A stretch of 64,000 nt of DNA from an uncultured Bdellovibrionales bacterium (GTDB lineage Bacteria > Patescibacteriota > Minisyncoccia > Moranbacterales > DUUL01), in NCBI GenBank assembly GCA_964421125.1, contig CAYQVD010000004.1, positions 930-64,929 on the forward strand, in the 5' to 3' direction. The position numbers were made by a program, and so were the translations under genes. The notes under the pieces are model-generated. The model made no database searches. It saw nothing but the letters and a program-made list of their open reading frames with translations, and was not told where the DNA came from. Below, piece after piece: positions 48,558 to 57,697 of the stretch. The first letter of the stretch is position 1; each line of letters opens with the position of its first letter.

Positions 48558-49310
48558 TTAATAACTTTTTATTTTTACTTTGGGCAAATTATCCCACAAA
48601 AGTTCAAAAATTGTTCTTAGTGTTTTATGGATTTCTGCTCCTTCAATAATAATTCCTATCTCTTCTCTCGAAGACATTAAGGCAACTTTTTGATGACCAT
48701 AAATATTAATTTCAACAGAAAAGGGATATTTTTTAGCATCAATTAATTTTGATGTACGTAACTGTTTTTGGTCTTTGTCGAAAAAGTTTTTCTCAATTAT
48801 TCCAGTTTTAGTCATAATTGCACGTACTCGTAAACCTTTTTCTATTCTTTTTTTAAGATAATCATTTGTCCAATCGATTCCCAAAACATTTACTACGTCT
48901 TCTGAGGCGAATGCTAACATTTCTCCGGAGTAACTTAGTGTATCCGTATAAACTTCCCTAAGACCGTTTTTTCCTTCATAAAATCTAATTTTTGGTCTTA
49001 TTCCTTTAATATTATACATGGATTTTAATATAGGCAACATTTCATCGAGTATTCTCTCTTTTTCAATTACTTCTTTCTTTATTTTTTCTGGATTTTCTGC
49101 TACAAAAAAACGCCTTTTTTCTTTAAAAGTCTCATAAATGAAATTTTCTTTTTTTAGATTAACTAAAATGTCATAACAAGTCGTTCTCTTCACTTCTGAT
49201 TTTTTGGCGATTTCAATAACTGTTCCGCTACCTAATTCTAAAACAGCTAAATAAATATTTGCTTTTTTTCCTTCAAGATCAAATTTTTTCAGAAAATCTT
49301 TTATTTGCAT
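48558..49310 (-). CDS. TrmB-like wHTH regulator (paralog 3)
   Basis: KKANIYLAVLELGSGTVIEIAKKSEVKRTTCYDILVNLKKENFI. Confidence 0.7.
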   Translation of the reverse strand: MQIKDFLKKFDLEGKKANIYLAVLELGSGTVIEIAKKSEVKRTTCYDILVNLKKENFIYETFKEKRRFFVAENPEKIKKEVIEKERILDEMLPILKSMYNIKGIRPKIRFYEGKNGLREVYTDTLSYSGEMLAFASEDVVNVLGIDWTNDYLKKRIEKGLRVRAIMTKTGIIEKNFFDKDQKQLRTSKLIDAKKYPFSVEINIYGHQKVALMSSREEIGIIIEGAEIHKTLRTIFELLWDNLPKVKIKSY

Positions 49311-49454
49311 AGTGGAGTCTTTTATGAATAGATGACGACATAATTCGTCAACATTTATATTATATTATAAAAACATATTTTGTCAATAAAATGCGTAAAT
49401 AAAGGGTAATTTAAAAAAATTACAAAAACTTTTTTAATTGTATAACGTTAATTA

Positions 49455-49483
49455 TTGACATAAATTAGGAATTATTATAGAAT
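49455..49483 (+). promoter_or_regulatory. Sigma70-like promoter: TTGACA, 17-bp spacer, TAGAAT
   Basis: Spacing counted directly in the sequence. Confidence 0.5.
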
Positions 49484-49543
49484 TAGTAACTGAAATTGAA
49501 AAGCACATTGATAATTTAATAAGATAAGAAAAGGAGGTAACAT

Positions 49544-49984
49544 ATGATTGATGTTAAAGAGGTAAGAAAAAAAACGGCAAAAGCTTTATCTAAAAAAAAA
49601 CAAAAAGATAAAATTGAAAAAGAAGAAAAGAAAAAACAACAGAAACAGCTAAATAGTACTTATCGAAAATTAGGAAAAAAGATGGCTGATGAATTACTTC
49701 CATCTTTAGAAGCTAAAATAATAGAAGAAGCTGAAAACGGATATTCTAATACTGACTTAGAAGTTCTTTCTTGTGAAGGAGCGCATGAATACCTTTCAAA
49801 AAATAGCGAAAAATATCGTGTTGCTAAATTTGCGGCAGAAATCCTGGTTAAATATGAAAAAAGTAAGGGGATGTCTTCAAATGTAAACTTTTATAACTAT
49901 CCTAACAAAGAATTTGATGGATGGAGTATGGTTAAGTATACTAGTGGTTATGTGACAAAAATAGAAGTTTCTGTGAGTTGGTAA
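49544..49984 (+). CDS. Hypothetical protein with a Lys-rich N-terminus
   Basis: RBS AAGGAGGT; no recognisable domain. Confidence 0.5.
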   Translation: MIDVKEVRKKTAKALSKKKQKDKIEKEEKKKQQKQLNSTYRKLGKKMADELLPSLEAKIIEEAENGYSNTDLEVLSCEGAHEYLSKNSEKYRVAKFAAEILVKYEKSKGMSSNVNFYNYPNKEFDGWSMVKYTSGYVTKIEVSVSW

Positions 49985-50141
49985 TCAAATATGCAAAATT
50001 AACTTGCCATTTTTGGAAAGAGTCTCTGTTAGTATAATCGTTTTTAAAAGTATCTTAAGTTGTTGGTTATTTATTTGCTCACTATGGAATAAGAAAATTT
50101 TTATATAATGATTAACTAAAGCAAAAGGAGGAGAGAAAGTC

Positions 50142-50591
50142 ATGGCTAAAATATTAGGCAAAAGTAAATTAGATGATTTGCACAGAGCAATTTCTTCTAG
50201 CGGCAAATTAACAGTAATAACAAAAAAACAGGGGAATGGTCAGGAAATAATTGTTGAGGAAAAAAAGTTAAGGATGGTTTTTATTAAAAAACTTGTAAAA
50301 AATAATCCTGAATTAATTAACATGCCTCAAGGAAAAGAGAATCTAACTGCTCTACACAAAGCAGTACAAAGAAAAGATATTAAGTTGCTCGATTTTTTTA
50401 TTAACAATGGGGGAAATCTTATGAAAGTCGATAAATATGATCGTACTGCTTTGGATATTGCTAATAATAATCACGGAGGCAAAAAAATTGATAAAGATAT
50501 TATGAAACTTTTTGTTTCGACCATAAAAAATAAAAAAGAATCATCAGAAGATGGGTGTTCTCTTTGGCCTCTTTTATTGTTTTTTTTATAG
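50142..50591 (+). CDS. Ankyrin-repeat protein
   Basis: ...NLTALHKAVQRKDIKLLDFFINNGGNLMKVDKYDRTALDIANNNHGG shows two ankyrin-repeat consensus units. Confidence 0.6.
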   Translation: MAKILGKSKLDDLHRAISSSGKLTVITKKQGNGQEIIVEEKKLRMVFIKKLVKNNPELINMPQGKENLTALHKAVQRKDIKLLDFFINNGGNLMKVDKYDRTALDIANNNHGGKKIDKDIMKLFVSTIKNKKESSEDGCSLWPLLLFFL

Positions 50592-50640
50592 CAGATTAAA
50601 CAGGTTGTAAAAGTATAGAAAAAAATTAATGATAAATAAC

Positions 50641-50674
50641 TATGTAAATTAAGAAGCGCTTGAAAAATTTGGCG
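50641..50674 (+). terminator. Rho-independent terminator
   Basis: AAGAAGCGC..GCGCTTCTT stem followed by TT. Confidence 0.6.
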
Positions 50675-50782
50675 CTTCTTTTAATTTGGACAAGTGTTGA
50701 TTTTTTATAATTATATGCTAGACTTTGAGAAGTTTTCAATCAACTAGTTAACTGCAAAAGGTTATTTGTTAATTGTTGACAC

Positions 50783-51092
50783 GCCGGGGTAGCTCAGTGG
50801 TAGAGCAAAGGACTGGTTTTCGGTCCACTTCAGAGTAATCTGTTGTTAAAAATTGGGTGAATTCGGGGAAACCTAAGTTTGTTTAAACAAATAAGGCAAT
50901 CCCGAGCCAAGCTTCAAAGGGCTTTGTTTTTGAAGAAGGTGTAGAGACTAGCAGGTGAGTCCCAACAATAATCTTGCATAAGCGCCCAACTCCTATTAGT
51001 TAAATAGGATGATGAGATAGTCCAATCTTTTAGGAAACTTTAAGGCAAACAGGAAAATCCTTGTGTCGAGAGTTCAATTCTCTCCCCCGGCA
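50783..51092 (+). tRNA. tRNA-Phe (anticodon GAA) interrupted in the anticodon loop by a group I intron. Exon 1 is 50783-50814 and exon 2 is 51053-51092
   Basis: Joined exons give GCCGGGGTAGCTCAGTGGTAGAGCAAAGGACU|GAAAAUCCUUGUGUCGAGAGUUCAAUUCUCUCCCCCGGCA. This matches bacterial tRNA-Phe in its anticodon loop (ours CUGAAAA, 32C; E. coli UUGAAAA) and in the variable loop GUGUC. Confidence 0.75.
50815..51052 (+). ncRNA. Group I self-splicing intron (~238 nt, no ORF)
   Basis: P1 forms between the exon end GGACU and the internal guide GGUCC, with a U.G pair at the 5' splice site. A P7-like pairing is present (GACUAG at 50946 with UAGUC at 51018). The element CGGGGAAACC is present, the terminal G precedes exon 2, and the exons rejoin into a canonical tRNA. 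Confidence 0.65.
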
Positions 51093-51253
51093 CTAAATTA
51101 TTGTGGAGCAGAAATAGCTGTTTAAAGAGTTTCAGTAGCAGTTGATTCGCGCCGTATGGGTGGGCAATTTTCTTTTTCAGCACCATTAAAAAATCAAAGT
51201 TCATTTAAATAGGCTAATGTTAAGCGGGCCTGTCCGCCGAAGCGTAGCGAAAG

Positions 51254-51325
51254 GCGGGTGTAGTATAATGGTTATTACATCAGGTTGCCAATCTGAATAC
51301 GGCGGTTCGATTCCGCTCACCCGCT
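51254..51325 (+). tRNA. tRNA-Gly (anticodon GCC)
   Basis: GCGGGTG acceptor, UUGCCAA anticodon loop, GGCGG TTCGATT CCGCT T-arm. Confidence 0.75.
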
Positions 51326-51335
51326 CACTTTTACA

Positions 51336-51364
51336 AAAAACACTCAGATGAGTGTTTTTTGTTT
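51336..51364 (+). terminator. Rho-independent terminator after tRNA-Gly
   Basis: ACACTCAGATGAGTGT hairpin followed by TTTTTTGTTTT. Confidence 0.75.
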
Positions 51365-51412
51365 TATAGTATAGTATTATTTTGTTTTACTGAAACCATA
51401 ATTACTGCGTAT

Positions 51413-52546
51413 TTACTTTTTAAAATAATTTTTTCCGTAATTTTCATAGTATTTGAAAATTTCCGGAATTGCCAGCCATTTATCTGACTGGAAACGAAGA
51501 TCTTCTGAAACTTTTAAGCGCTCATTTACTGGCAATTGCATGTGGTAGCAAGTTGTCAGTATTCCATCGGCGTCCATTCTTACTCGGTTAATAAAGTCTC
51601 CGGGAAAAGGATATGCTCCCAGAAAAAGATTGGGAGCGAGTTGGCGAATTAAAAATCCTTCATCTAAATCAGTAATCAAATCTGAAAACTCCAGGTTGGA
51701 AAAATATTTTTTCCATATTACGTGCAGAAGATTTGGAGAAAGAAAATCAACTTTAATCAAAACCTTGGTTTGCAGAGTTTTAGTTTGTAAATCTTCAATT
51801 AATTTTATCAGCAAAGAATCACTATCGCTTTTTCCTTCAAGGGTACATCTTGTAAAAAAGACCATTGGCAAGTTGAGATTTGAAATGTCATTGATTGTTT
51901 GAAAAGGATCGACACCATTTTTAACGAGAATGCAAGAAGCAGTGGCCTTAACATTATTCTCATTTAACATTTTAGCAGCTTTCAGTGATGCTGGGTAATT
52001 CTTTTTTTCGCCGATACTAAAATCTGTAAGAATATTGTTTTTTGCTAAATAAACAGCAATATCCTTGGTTAAATTTATGCCATTAGTAATAATGGCTTTG
52101 CGGGGAGCTTGCACCATTTCTAGAACGTTACGGGTGCGGTTCCATGTTTCAAGCGGTTCCATGCCAACGATGGCAAAATCAACCGCCTGAAGTTTATTGC
52201 TGACAGAAGAGAGTTCTTTTTCAGTGGGAAGGCTTTTGATCTGCATATTGCGTTTTCGTAAGTAGCAATGTCGGCATCCCAAAGAACATTGATTATTTGA
52301 AAAGGCTGAAACGCTCATGTTCAACGGAATGTTTTGTATGGTGGAGAAAAAATCAGTCCAAGACATTTTTTTGTTTGCTGTCATGAGAGTTGCTTTCTGA
52401 AAATTTTCATTTGGCTTCGTGAGTGAAGCTTTCTCTGTCAGCAGTTCTTTGCTTCCTTCTATTCCTAATGCCATAATATCATCTCCTTTCCTTTCTTGAT
52501 TATATGAATAAAGTATTCCTTTGCTTCCTTCAAATCCTACTGCCAT
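51413..52546 (-). CDS. Radical SAM protein of unknown function (CxxxCxxC motif CSLGCRHC); start ambiguous
   Basis: The C-x3-C-x2-C motif is followed by about 300 aa, with no SPASM-type Cys cluster. Two alternative RBS-supported starts (52546, 52474) result from a ~35-bp direct duplication of the start region. The track's start at 52618 would overlap the divergent promoter. Confidence 0.55.
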   Translation of the reverse strand: MAVGFEGSKGILYSYNQERKGDDIMALGIEGSKELLTEKASLTKPNENFQKATLMTANKKMSWTDFFSTIQNIPLNMSVSAFSNNQCSLGCRHCYLRKRNMQIKSLPTEKELSSVSNKLQAVDFAIVGMEPLETWNRTRNVLEMVQAPRKAIITNGINLTKDIAVYLAKNNILTDFSIGEKKNYPASLKAAKMLNENNVKATASCILVKNGVDPFQTINDISNLNLPMVFFTRCTLEGKSDSDSLLIKLIEDLQTKTLQTKVLIKVDFLSPNLLHVIWKKYFSNLEFSDLITDLDEGFLIRQLAPNLFLGAYPFPGDFINRVRMDADGILTTCYHMQLPVNERLKVSEDLRFQSDKWLAIPEIFKYYENYGKNYFKK

Positions 52547-52611
52547 AGTATCTTCTCCTATTATTAAATGTTTTTTCAAGGAACTAACTGTATGCAATAT
52601 AGTATGTAGAA

Positions 52612-52649
52612 TTGACAAGAATGTAAAAAAATGTACAATTTATGTACAT
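52612..52649 (+). promoter_or_regulatory. Promoter (TTGACA, 16-bp spacer, TACAAT) overlapped by the inverted repeat ATGTACA-N5-TGTACAT (candidate autoregulatory operator); it implies a near-leaderless mRNA for the 52650 ORF
   Basis: Spacing counted directly; the palindrome spans 52631-52649. Confidence 0.5.
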
Positions 52650-53336
52650 ATGAAAAAGAATCAATTAAAATCTAGTGAATATCTTGTCTTAACTTCAACT
52701 GAAGAAAAAATCGTTTTTCTTTTGGAATCACAACATAAAAAAATGTCAATTTCAGAAATTTCAAAAGAAGTTCAGCTTGCTCGATCTAGCATTTATCGAT
52801 CAATAAGGTCATTGATTAATAAAGAAGTTGTAATAAAAGAACAATTTAAATATTTTTTGACTTTGGATGGTTTAGTGCAAAGTAAGAAATATGTCTTTAA
52901 AGAAAAGATAGAGGATCTTTTGAAAGAAATGCTTAGTTTAAAAAAAGGAGAAATTATTTATTCAATAGAATCTGATGAGGAAATAGAATATCTTTTTAAA
53001 AAAGAGAAGGGTCTTTTAAATTGGCAAAAAAATATTGCCGATAAAGGTATAGTTCTCAAGGGAATAGGAAGTATTAGGGCGTTGTCTTTTTTTAGAAGTA
53101 TTCAGAGTAAAAATTTAAATGCTCAAATAAAAAGAAGAAGCGGTTCTGCGAGATTTATAGTTGAAACTCTCTCTGGCCCTTGTATATTAGTTTCTTTTCG
53201 AAGTTCAATTATATTTTTTTCAAGAAAAAATAAATATTTTTATCGTATAGATGATATTAATGTTTCACGATTTATACAAATTGTTATTGAGACGCTTTAT
53301 TTAAATCTTCAGTATGAACCATTAGTTATTAATTAG
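52650..53336 (+). CDS. TrmB-like wHTH regulator (paralog 6, plus strand), divergent from the radical SAM gene
   Basis: SSEYLVLTSTEEKIVFLLESQHKKMSISEISKEVQLARSSIYRSIRSLINKEVV. Confidence 0.55.
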   Translation: MKKNQLKSSEYLVLTSTEEKIVFLLESQHKKMSISEISKEVQLARSSIYRSIRSLINKEVVIKEQFKYFLTLDGLVQSKKYVFKEKIEDLLKEMLSLKKGEIIYSIESDEEIEYLFKKEKGLLNWQKNIADKGIVLKGIGSIRALSFFRSIQSKNLNAQIKRRSGSARFIVETLSGPCILVSFRSSIIFFSRKNKYFYRIDDINVSRFIQIVIETLYLNLQYEPLVIN

Positions 53337-53518
53337 TTTTGACTATAAATAAAATTGAACTATACTTAAAACTAACAGATTAAGTAACACAAAAAGAAGA
53401 TTCTTATTTAATTATATTTATGGTATAATAAGTTTGATCAGAAAATTTTAAATAAAAACTATTAAAAATTAAAAATCTTGTGAAACAATTTGCTTCTTAA
53501 ATTAAAAATTGAAGATTT

Positions 53519-54520
53519 TTGCTTCACTGGTCAAGTAAAAAAATGATTGCACTGAACGAAAAAGTTAAAAAAGCTTTTAAAATAGTGGGGGTAATAGTAG
53601 TGTTGTTAATTCTGTGGGGAATTTATAGTCTTTTTACGGGAGGTGAAAATAGGTTAGGCTCCTCATCTTATGAAACAGGACTTTCTTCTTCTGATCGAAG
53701 TGTGAATATTAGTGCTCCTCTTGTTGCTATCCCTGAAATGGTACAAAAAAGTCATCAAACAGATTCAATGGAGTTAGTGGAAGGTAATTTTATTGAAGAT
53801 AGAGTTGGTAGTGCAATTCCAGTTGATAAAAAGGTTATTAAAAATGGAAATCTTAGTTTGAAAATTGAAAAAACAGAAGAAGCGGCGGAAGAAATTTCTC
53901 AGATTATAAAAGGTCAAGGAGGTGAAATATTTTCTACTAATTTTTATGAAAGAGTGAAGGGACAGAAAAGTGGAAATATGACAGTAAAGGTTCCAGTTCA
54001 AAAATTTGAAGAAACTATTGGAAAAGTAAAAGAGATAGCTACGCAGGTTATTTCAGAATCAACTACTGGTCAAGATGTGACGGAGCAATATGTTGATCTT
54101 CAAATTCAAGCTAAGAATAAGAGGGCAGAGGAAGAAAGTTTTGTAAAAATTCTTGATCGAGCAGGAGAAATTGATGATGTATTAGCGGTCACTAAACAAA
54201 TCTCGAGAGTGAGAGGTGAAATCGAAAGATTAGAAGGCAGAATTAAGGTTATGGATTCTCAGACGGATATGTCCACAATCACAATTAGTTTGAGTGAGGA
54301 TATTGAGATAGCACCAATTAGTAATGATTGGCGACCATGGCAAGTAGTTAAGAAATCTTTTAGTGAATTAGTTGATAGCATGCAAGGATTTATTAATGGA
54401 GTAATTCATTTTGTTATTGTGACACTTCCATCGTTGATCATTTTTTTGTTGATTGTTTGGATTGTGTGGAGTGTTGGAAAGAGAATTTTCAAGAAAATAT
54501 TTGGCAAGAAAGCTGAATAG
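53519..54520 (+). CDS. Membrane-anchored hypothetical protein (N- and C-terminal TM helices, coiled-coil middle), DUF4349-like layout
   Basis: Hydrophobic segments at residues ~20-40 and ~300-320; no recognisable domain. Confidence 0.45.
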   Translation: MLHWSSKKMIALNEKVKKAFKIVGVIVVLLILWGIYSLFTGGENRLGSSSYETGLSSSDRSVNISAPLVAIPEMVQKSHQTDSMELVEGNFIEDRVGSAIPVDKKVIKNGNLSLKIEKTEEAAEEISQIIKGQGGEIFSTNFYERVKGQKSGNMTVKVPVQKFEETIGKVKEIATQVISESTTGQDVTEQYVDLQIQAKNKRAEEESFVKILDRAGEIDDVLAVTKQISRVRGEIERLEGRIKVMDSQTDMSTITISLSEDIEIAPISNDWRPWQVVKKSFSELVDSMQGFINGVIHFVIVTLPSLIIFLLIVWIVWSVGKRIFKKIFGKKAE

Positions 54521-54541
54521 AATTAAAGATTATCTTATTTT

Positions 54542-54572
54542 AAAACAAGGCCAATAGGGCCTTGTTTTTTTA
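54542..54572. terminator. Bidirectional terminator AAACAAGGCC AATAG GGCCTTGTTT
   Basis: Perfect 10-bp stem followed by a T-tract. Confidence 0.7.
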
Positions 54573-54591
54573 GCAACTAAGTATGAAGTCA

Positions 54592-55629
54592 TTATCTTAA
54601 GATGTCGACTATATTTTTTATACCCATTTTCTTCCAAGGTGTGTAAATAAGGTATGAGACTAAAGAATATTTTTTTGAAAGTGTTCTTGGGGTACAAATT
54701 GTGTTATAGGCATTAATGTCATCTTGAGTGAGTTGGGGGTTGTTTATATCTTGCTCATTCATGAGATAATGCATGATTGATTTTGGATTTTCGACATGTT
54801 CTTCAATTCCAAGGGAATGACCAAATTCGTGCATTAAAACGAGCAAAAGATCATCTTTCGCTTTGAATTGGAAAATTGTAATATTATCGAGAGGGGAAGT
54901 ATAAAGACCTTGAACAAAAGGTTGAGGTTCTCCATATTTTTCCTTGAAAGTTTCTAATTTTTCGTTGATATTATTAGATTGAAGGTTTAGTTGACTGGCA
55001 AGAGAATTGATTTTGTTAACTAAATCATTTATTTCATTGTTAAGATTTTCAAGTTTTTTTTGATCTTTTTCTAAGTCTTTTCTGTCATCCTTAAGGTCGT
55101 CATAAACATCTGGCGGAGCTCCTCCTTTTTTATTCCATTTTTCTATCGTCTTTTCATATTCCGAAACATTTTTTTCGAATTCTTTCAGGAGTTCATTGTA
55201 TTGGTTGGTTAATTTTTCATATTGAGATTGAAGGGAGTCATATTGTTGTTGAAGAGGTGCCTTGGTCTCTTCGTATTCTTCAATTCTTTCATCCAATGCC
55301 TGTCCTTCATAAGTCATTTCTTGTCGTTCGTCATAAAGTGTTTGTAGTTCAAAATCTGAATTTTGATCATAAATAAAAAGCTTCTTCCCAAGTGCTTTTT
55401 CCCAAAGAAGATGAGCTTTGAAGGTGGTTGCGAGGAAATCTGATTGAGAAACAGGAAAGCGTTCATCAATTTTTTCTAGTTTCCAGTGAATCGGCTCATC
55501 ACAACCTGGTTGTCCGGGAGGTAAAACGAAATATTTTGGTGCAGACTGAAGAGTAGTTGTGATTAACAGTACTCCAAAAATTAGAAGCATTCCCAATCGC
55601 CAATATTTTTTTAGAAAGTTTTTTATCAT
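54592..55629 (-). CDS. Secreted metzincin-like zinc metalloprotease with a coiled-coil middle region
   Basis: HEFGHSLGIEEH matches the HExxHxxGxxH metzincin motif; N-terminal signal/TM segment. Confidence 0.65.
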   Translation of the reverse strand: MIKNFLKKYWRLGMLLIFGVLLITTTLQSAPKYFVLPPGQPGCDEPIHWKLEKIDERFPVSQSDFLATTFKAHLLWEKALGKKLFIYDQNSDFELQTLYDERQEMTYEGQALDERIEEYEETKAPLQQQYDSLQSQYEKLTNQYNELLKEFEKNVSEYEKTIEKWNKKGGAPPDVYDDLKDDRKDLEKDQKKLENLNNEINDLVNKINSLASQLNLQSNNINEKLETFKEKYGEPQPFVQGLYTSPLDNITIFQFKAKDDLLLVLMHEFGHSLGIEEHVENPKSIMHYLMNEQDINNPQLTQDDINAYNTICTPRTLSKKYSLVSYLIYTPWKKMGIKNIVDILR

Positions 55630-55686
55630 GAGGTTATTATAGCATAGATTTCCTCCCTTAATATAAGGGAGGATTAAGGAGGGTTA

Positions 55687-56430
55687 TTAAAAAGAATTTT
55701 CATCTTCTTTTGCACCTTTCCATGCAAGCTTGAAAAGAAAGGTCATGTTTTTTGAAATTTCGGTGCTTTCGATGATTAGTCCGAGTTGTTCTGAAAAACT
55801 CATGAAAGCCACTTTGTTTTCATAAATATTCATTTCAATTGTGAAAGGAAAATCTTCTTTTGAGACAAGTCGAGTTTCTTTAATGTCTCTTAAGTCACCC
55901 TTCTTGTATTCAATTAGCTCTTCTGTGTCTGGCCCAATAGCCCGAACTGCAATTTGGGCTTTTTTTCTCTTGTCTCGATATTCATCAGCAAATTCTTGTC
56001 CAAGTTTTTTAATAATATTTTCTGTGACAAAAGCATAGAGATCTCCTCGGTATTTCAATGTATCTCGATAAACATCCTTGATTCCATTAATTCCTTCATA
56101 GTATCGAATAACAGGTTTTTCTCCGGATGTGTTCACTAAAGATTTTAAGGCTGGCATAAGAATCTCCAGTTTTTTTTGTTTTTCCTCAATAATTTTTTCA
56201 AGATTTTCTGGTTCTTCGGCGATAAACAAGCGTTTTTTGCCTTTTTTGGTTTGAGCAATCAAGCGTTTTTTTTCAAGTTCCGCCAAAACTTCATAAACAG
56301 TGGTTCTTTTGATGCCAGTTTTTCTTGATATTTCAATAACAGTCGATTGTCCCAGCTCCAAAAGGGCAATATAGGTTTCTGCTTGGTTATAATTCAGTCC
56401 AAATTGAGATAATTGTTCTGATATTTGCAT
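55687..56430 (-). CDS. TrmB-like wHTH regulator (paralog 4)
   Basis: NQAETYIALLELGQSTVIEISRKTGIKRTTVYEVLAELEKKRLI. Confidence 0.7.
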   Translation of the reverse strand: MQISEQLSQFGLNYNQAETYIALLELGQSTVIEISRKTGIKRTTVYEVLAELEKKRLIAQTKKGKKRLFIAEEPENLEKIIEEKQKKLEILMPALKSLVNTSGEKPVIRYYEGINGIKDVYRDTLKYRGDLYAFVTENIIKKLGQEFADEYRDKRKKAQIAVRAIGPDTEELIEYKKGDLRDIKETRLVSKEDFPFTIEMNIYENKVAFMSFSEQLGLIIESTEISKNMTFLFKLAWKGAKEDENSF

Positions 56431-56602
56431 GTTTTTGTTGTTAAAACATTAAAATGTCGTAAAAATATGACAACATTTATATTATATCATAATCACCATA
56501 AAAGTCAATTAAATAGGGCATTATTCAAAAGTTTAGAAACTTTTAAAACAGTCATAAGTCGTAAACGATTGACAAATACTTAAAATTGTGATATATTATA
56601 TT

Positions 56603-56629
56603 GTTACGATGAAGTTGTTTCAAAGTAAC
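56603..56629 (+). promoter_or_regulatory. GTTACGATGAAGTTGTTTCAAAGTAAC leader palindrome preceded by TATATTATAT
   Basis: Same GTTAC-N17-GTAAC architecture as 8702-8728 and related to 3083-3107. Confidence 0.45.
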
Positions 56630-56652
56630 AAGTAAAAAAAGTTCTTTAAATT

Positions 56653-57057
56653 ATGAAAAGGAGAGGGAAAATGTCAGAAGAAAAAAGAATGAAATTAACG
56701 GTGCCTGGTTGTCATAAGACTGAAATGATTACACACAGTCCAGTTTCCGAGAGTGTCTATAATTGGGGAGGTGGGTTTATTATTAAAACTTATGCAAAAA
56801 CTTCCTTTGGATCGGAAACTCTTAACGAGCAATTTTCGATTCTCTCTGACATGGTTATAGAAAATTCAAAAACTGGTGATTGTGAGGGCTGTGTCTGCAA
56901 TAATGATCAATGCAAAAGGTTACCGGGGCTTATTGATGCCGTTGTTAAAAATTTCTCTGGGACAGCTTGGTTTATAGACGTAACTAAGAAAAAAATTGTA
57001 AAAGTTGAAAATCGTGAGGAGGCGATCAATATTATGAGAAAAGTTGAGAAAAGTTAA
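56653..57057 (+). CDS. Hypothetical Cys-containing small protein (134 aa)
   Basis: RBS GGAGAGGG; no recognisable domain. Confidence 0.5.
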   Translation: MKRRGKMSEEKRMKLTVPGCHKTEMITHSPVSESVYNWGGGFIIKTYAKTSFGSETLNEQFSILSDMVIENSKTGDCEGCVCNNDQCKRLPGLIDAVVKNFSGTAWFIDVTKKKIVKVENREEAINIMRKVEKS

Positions 57058-57181
57058 AAAATCGGGAAGCTCTGCTTAATAAGCACCTTCCCAATTCTCT
57101 CGGGGTTATTTGAGTGGTTTAAATAGCTCCGAGTAGAGTTAAAGTTATTTGAAATTGAATATAAAAAAAAGGAGAAAGAAA
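57058..57181 (+). repeat. Intercistronic structured repeat copy R3 (diverged; GGGAAGCTCTGC..GCACCTTCCC hairpin, CTCGG..CCGAG stem, TTAAAG, RBS)
   Basis: About 70% identical to R1 and R2, with compensatory substitutions in both stems. Confidence 0.65.
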
Positions 57182-57593
57182 ATGAAACATAGATTAATGA
57201 TAGTGGAAGATCAATTAATTAATATGATTTGTGCATTAACTGCTTTTACTGAGATGATTGATATTGAGGTGGGCGATGTGCAAGGGACTGTTTTGGGTGC
57301 ATTGAAGATGATTGACGAGTTTTGTCCAATGATGGTCCTTAAATTCTATTCCAAATCTTAATGGCGGAGGGAGTGGAACTGAAATCGGAGAAGTTTTGAA
57401 AGCAAAAAATATCCCGTTTCTTTATGTGACAGGGGTTGGACCAAATCCGAGTCATGACTGTATTAACGCAGTCGAAATTCAAGATTCTGACTTCAAAACT
57501 CTTGAGAGATTTGAATGTGTTGATAAGAATCCTGAAATTTGGCAAAAGGGTTTTGAAATTTTAAAGGAAAGAATCAGAAGGGAGATTGAATAA
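57182..57593 (+). pseudogene. Receiver-like domain gene apparently disrupted by a +1 frameshift between 57333 and 57358 (alternatively two small ORFs)
   Basis: Frame A gives MKHRLMIVEDQLIN...DEFCPMMVL then stops; frame B continues ...NGGGSGTEIGEVLKAKNIPFLYVTGVG...KGFEILKERIRREIE, which is receiver-like (IPFLYVTG is close to the usual IPVIMLTA). Confidence 0.4.
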
Positions 57594-57595
57594 TC

Positions 57596-57637
57596 ATAAG
57601 CAGGAAGATATAAAATATTTTCCTGCTTATTTTTTAT
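57596..57637 (+). terminator. Rho-independent terminator
   Basis: AAGCAGGAA..TTCCTGCTT stem followed by ATTTTTTATTTT. Confidence 0.65.
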
Positions 57638-57697
57638 TTTCAATAAATAAGCTATACTTAGTATAGGTTTTTAAATGATAAATTATATATAGTATTT

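Noticed and set aside
51120-51250. Possible additional small RNA between the intron-containing tRNA-Phe and tRNA-Gly (GCGGGCCTGTCCGCC hairpin)
   Set aside because: Only a short GC hairpin, with no tRNA-like D- or T-arm features; it is most likely spacer sequence processed out of the tRNA operon transcript.
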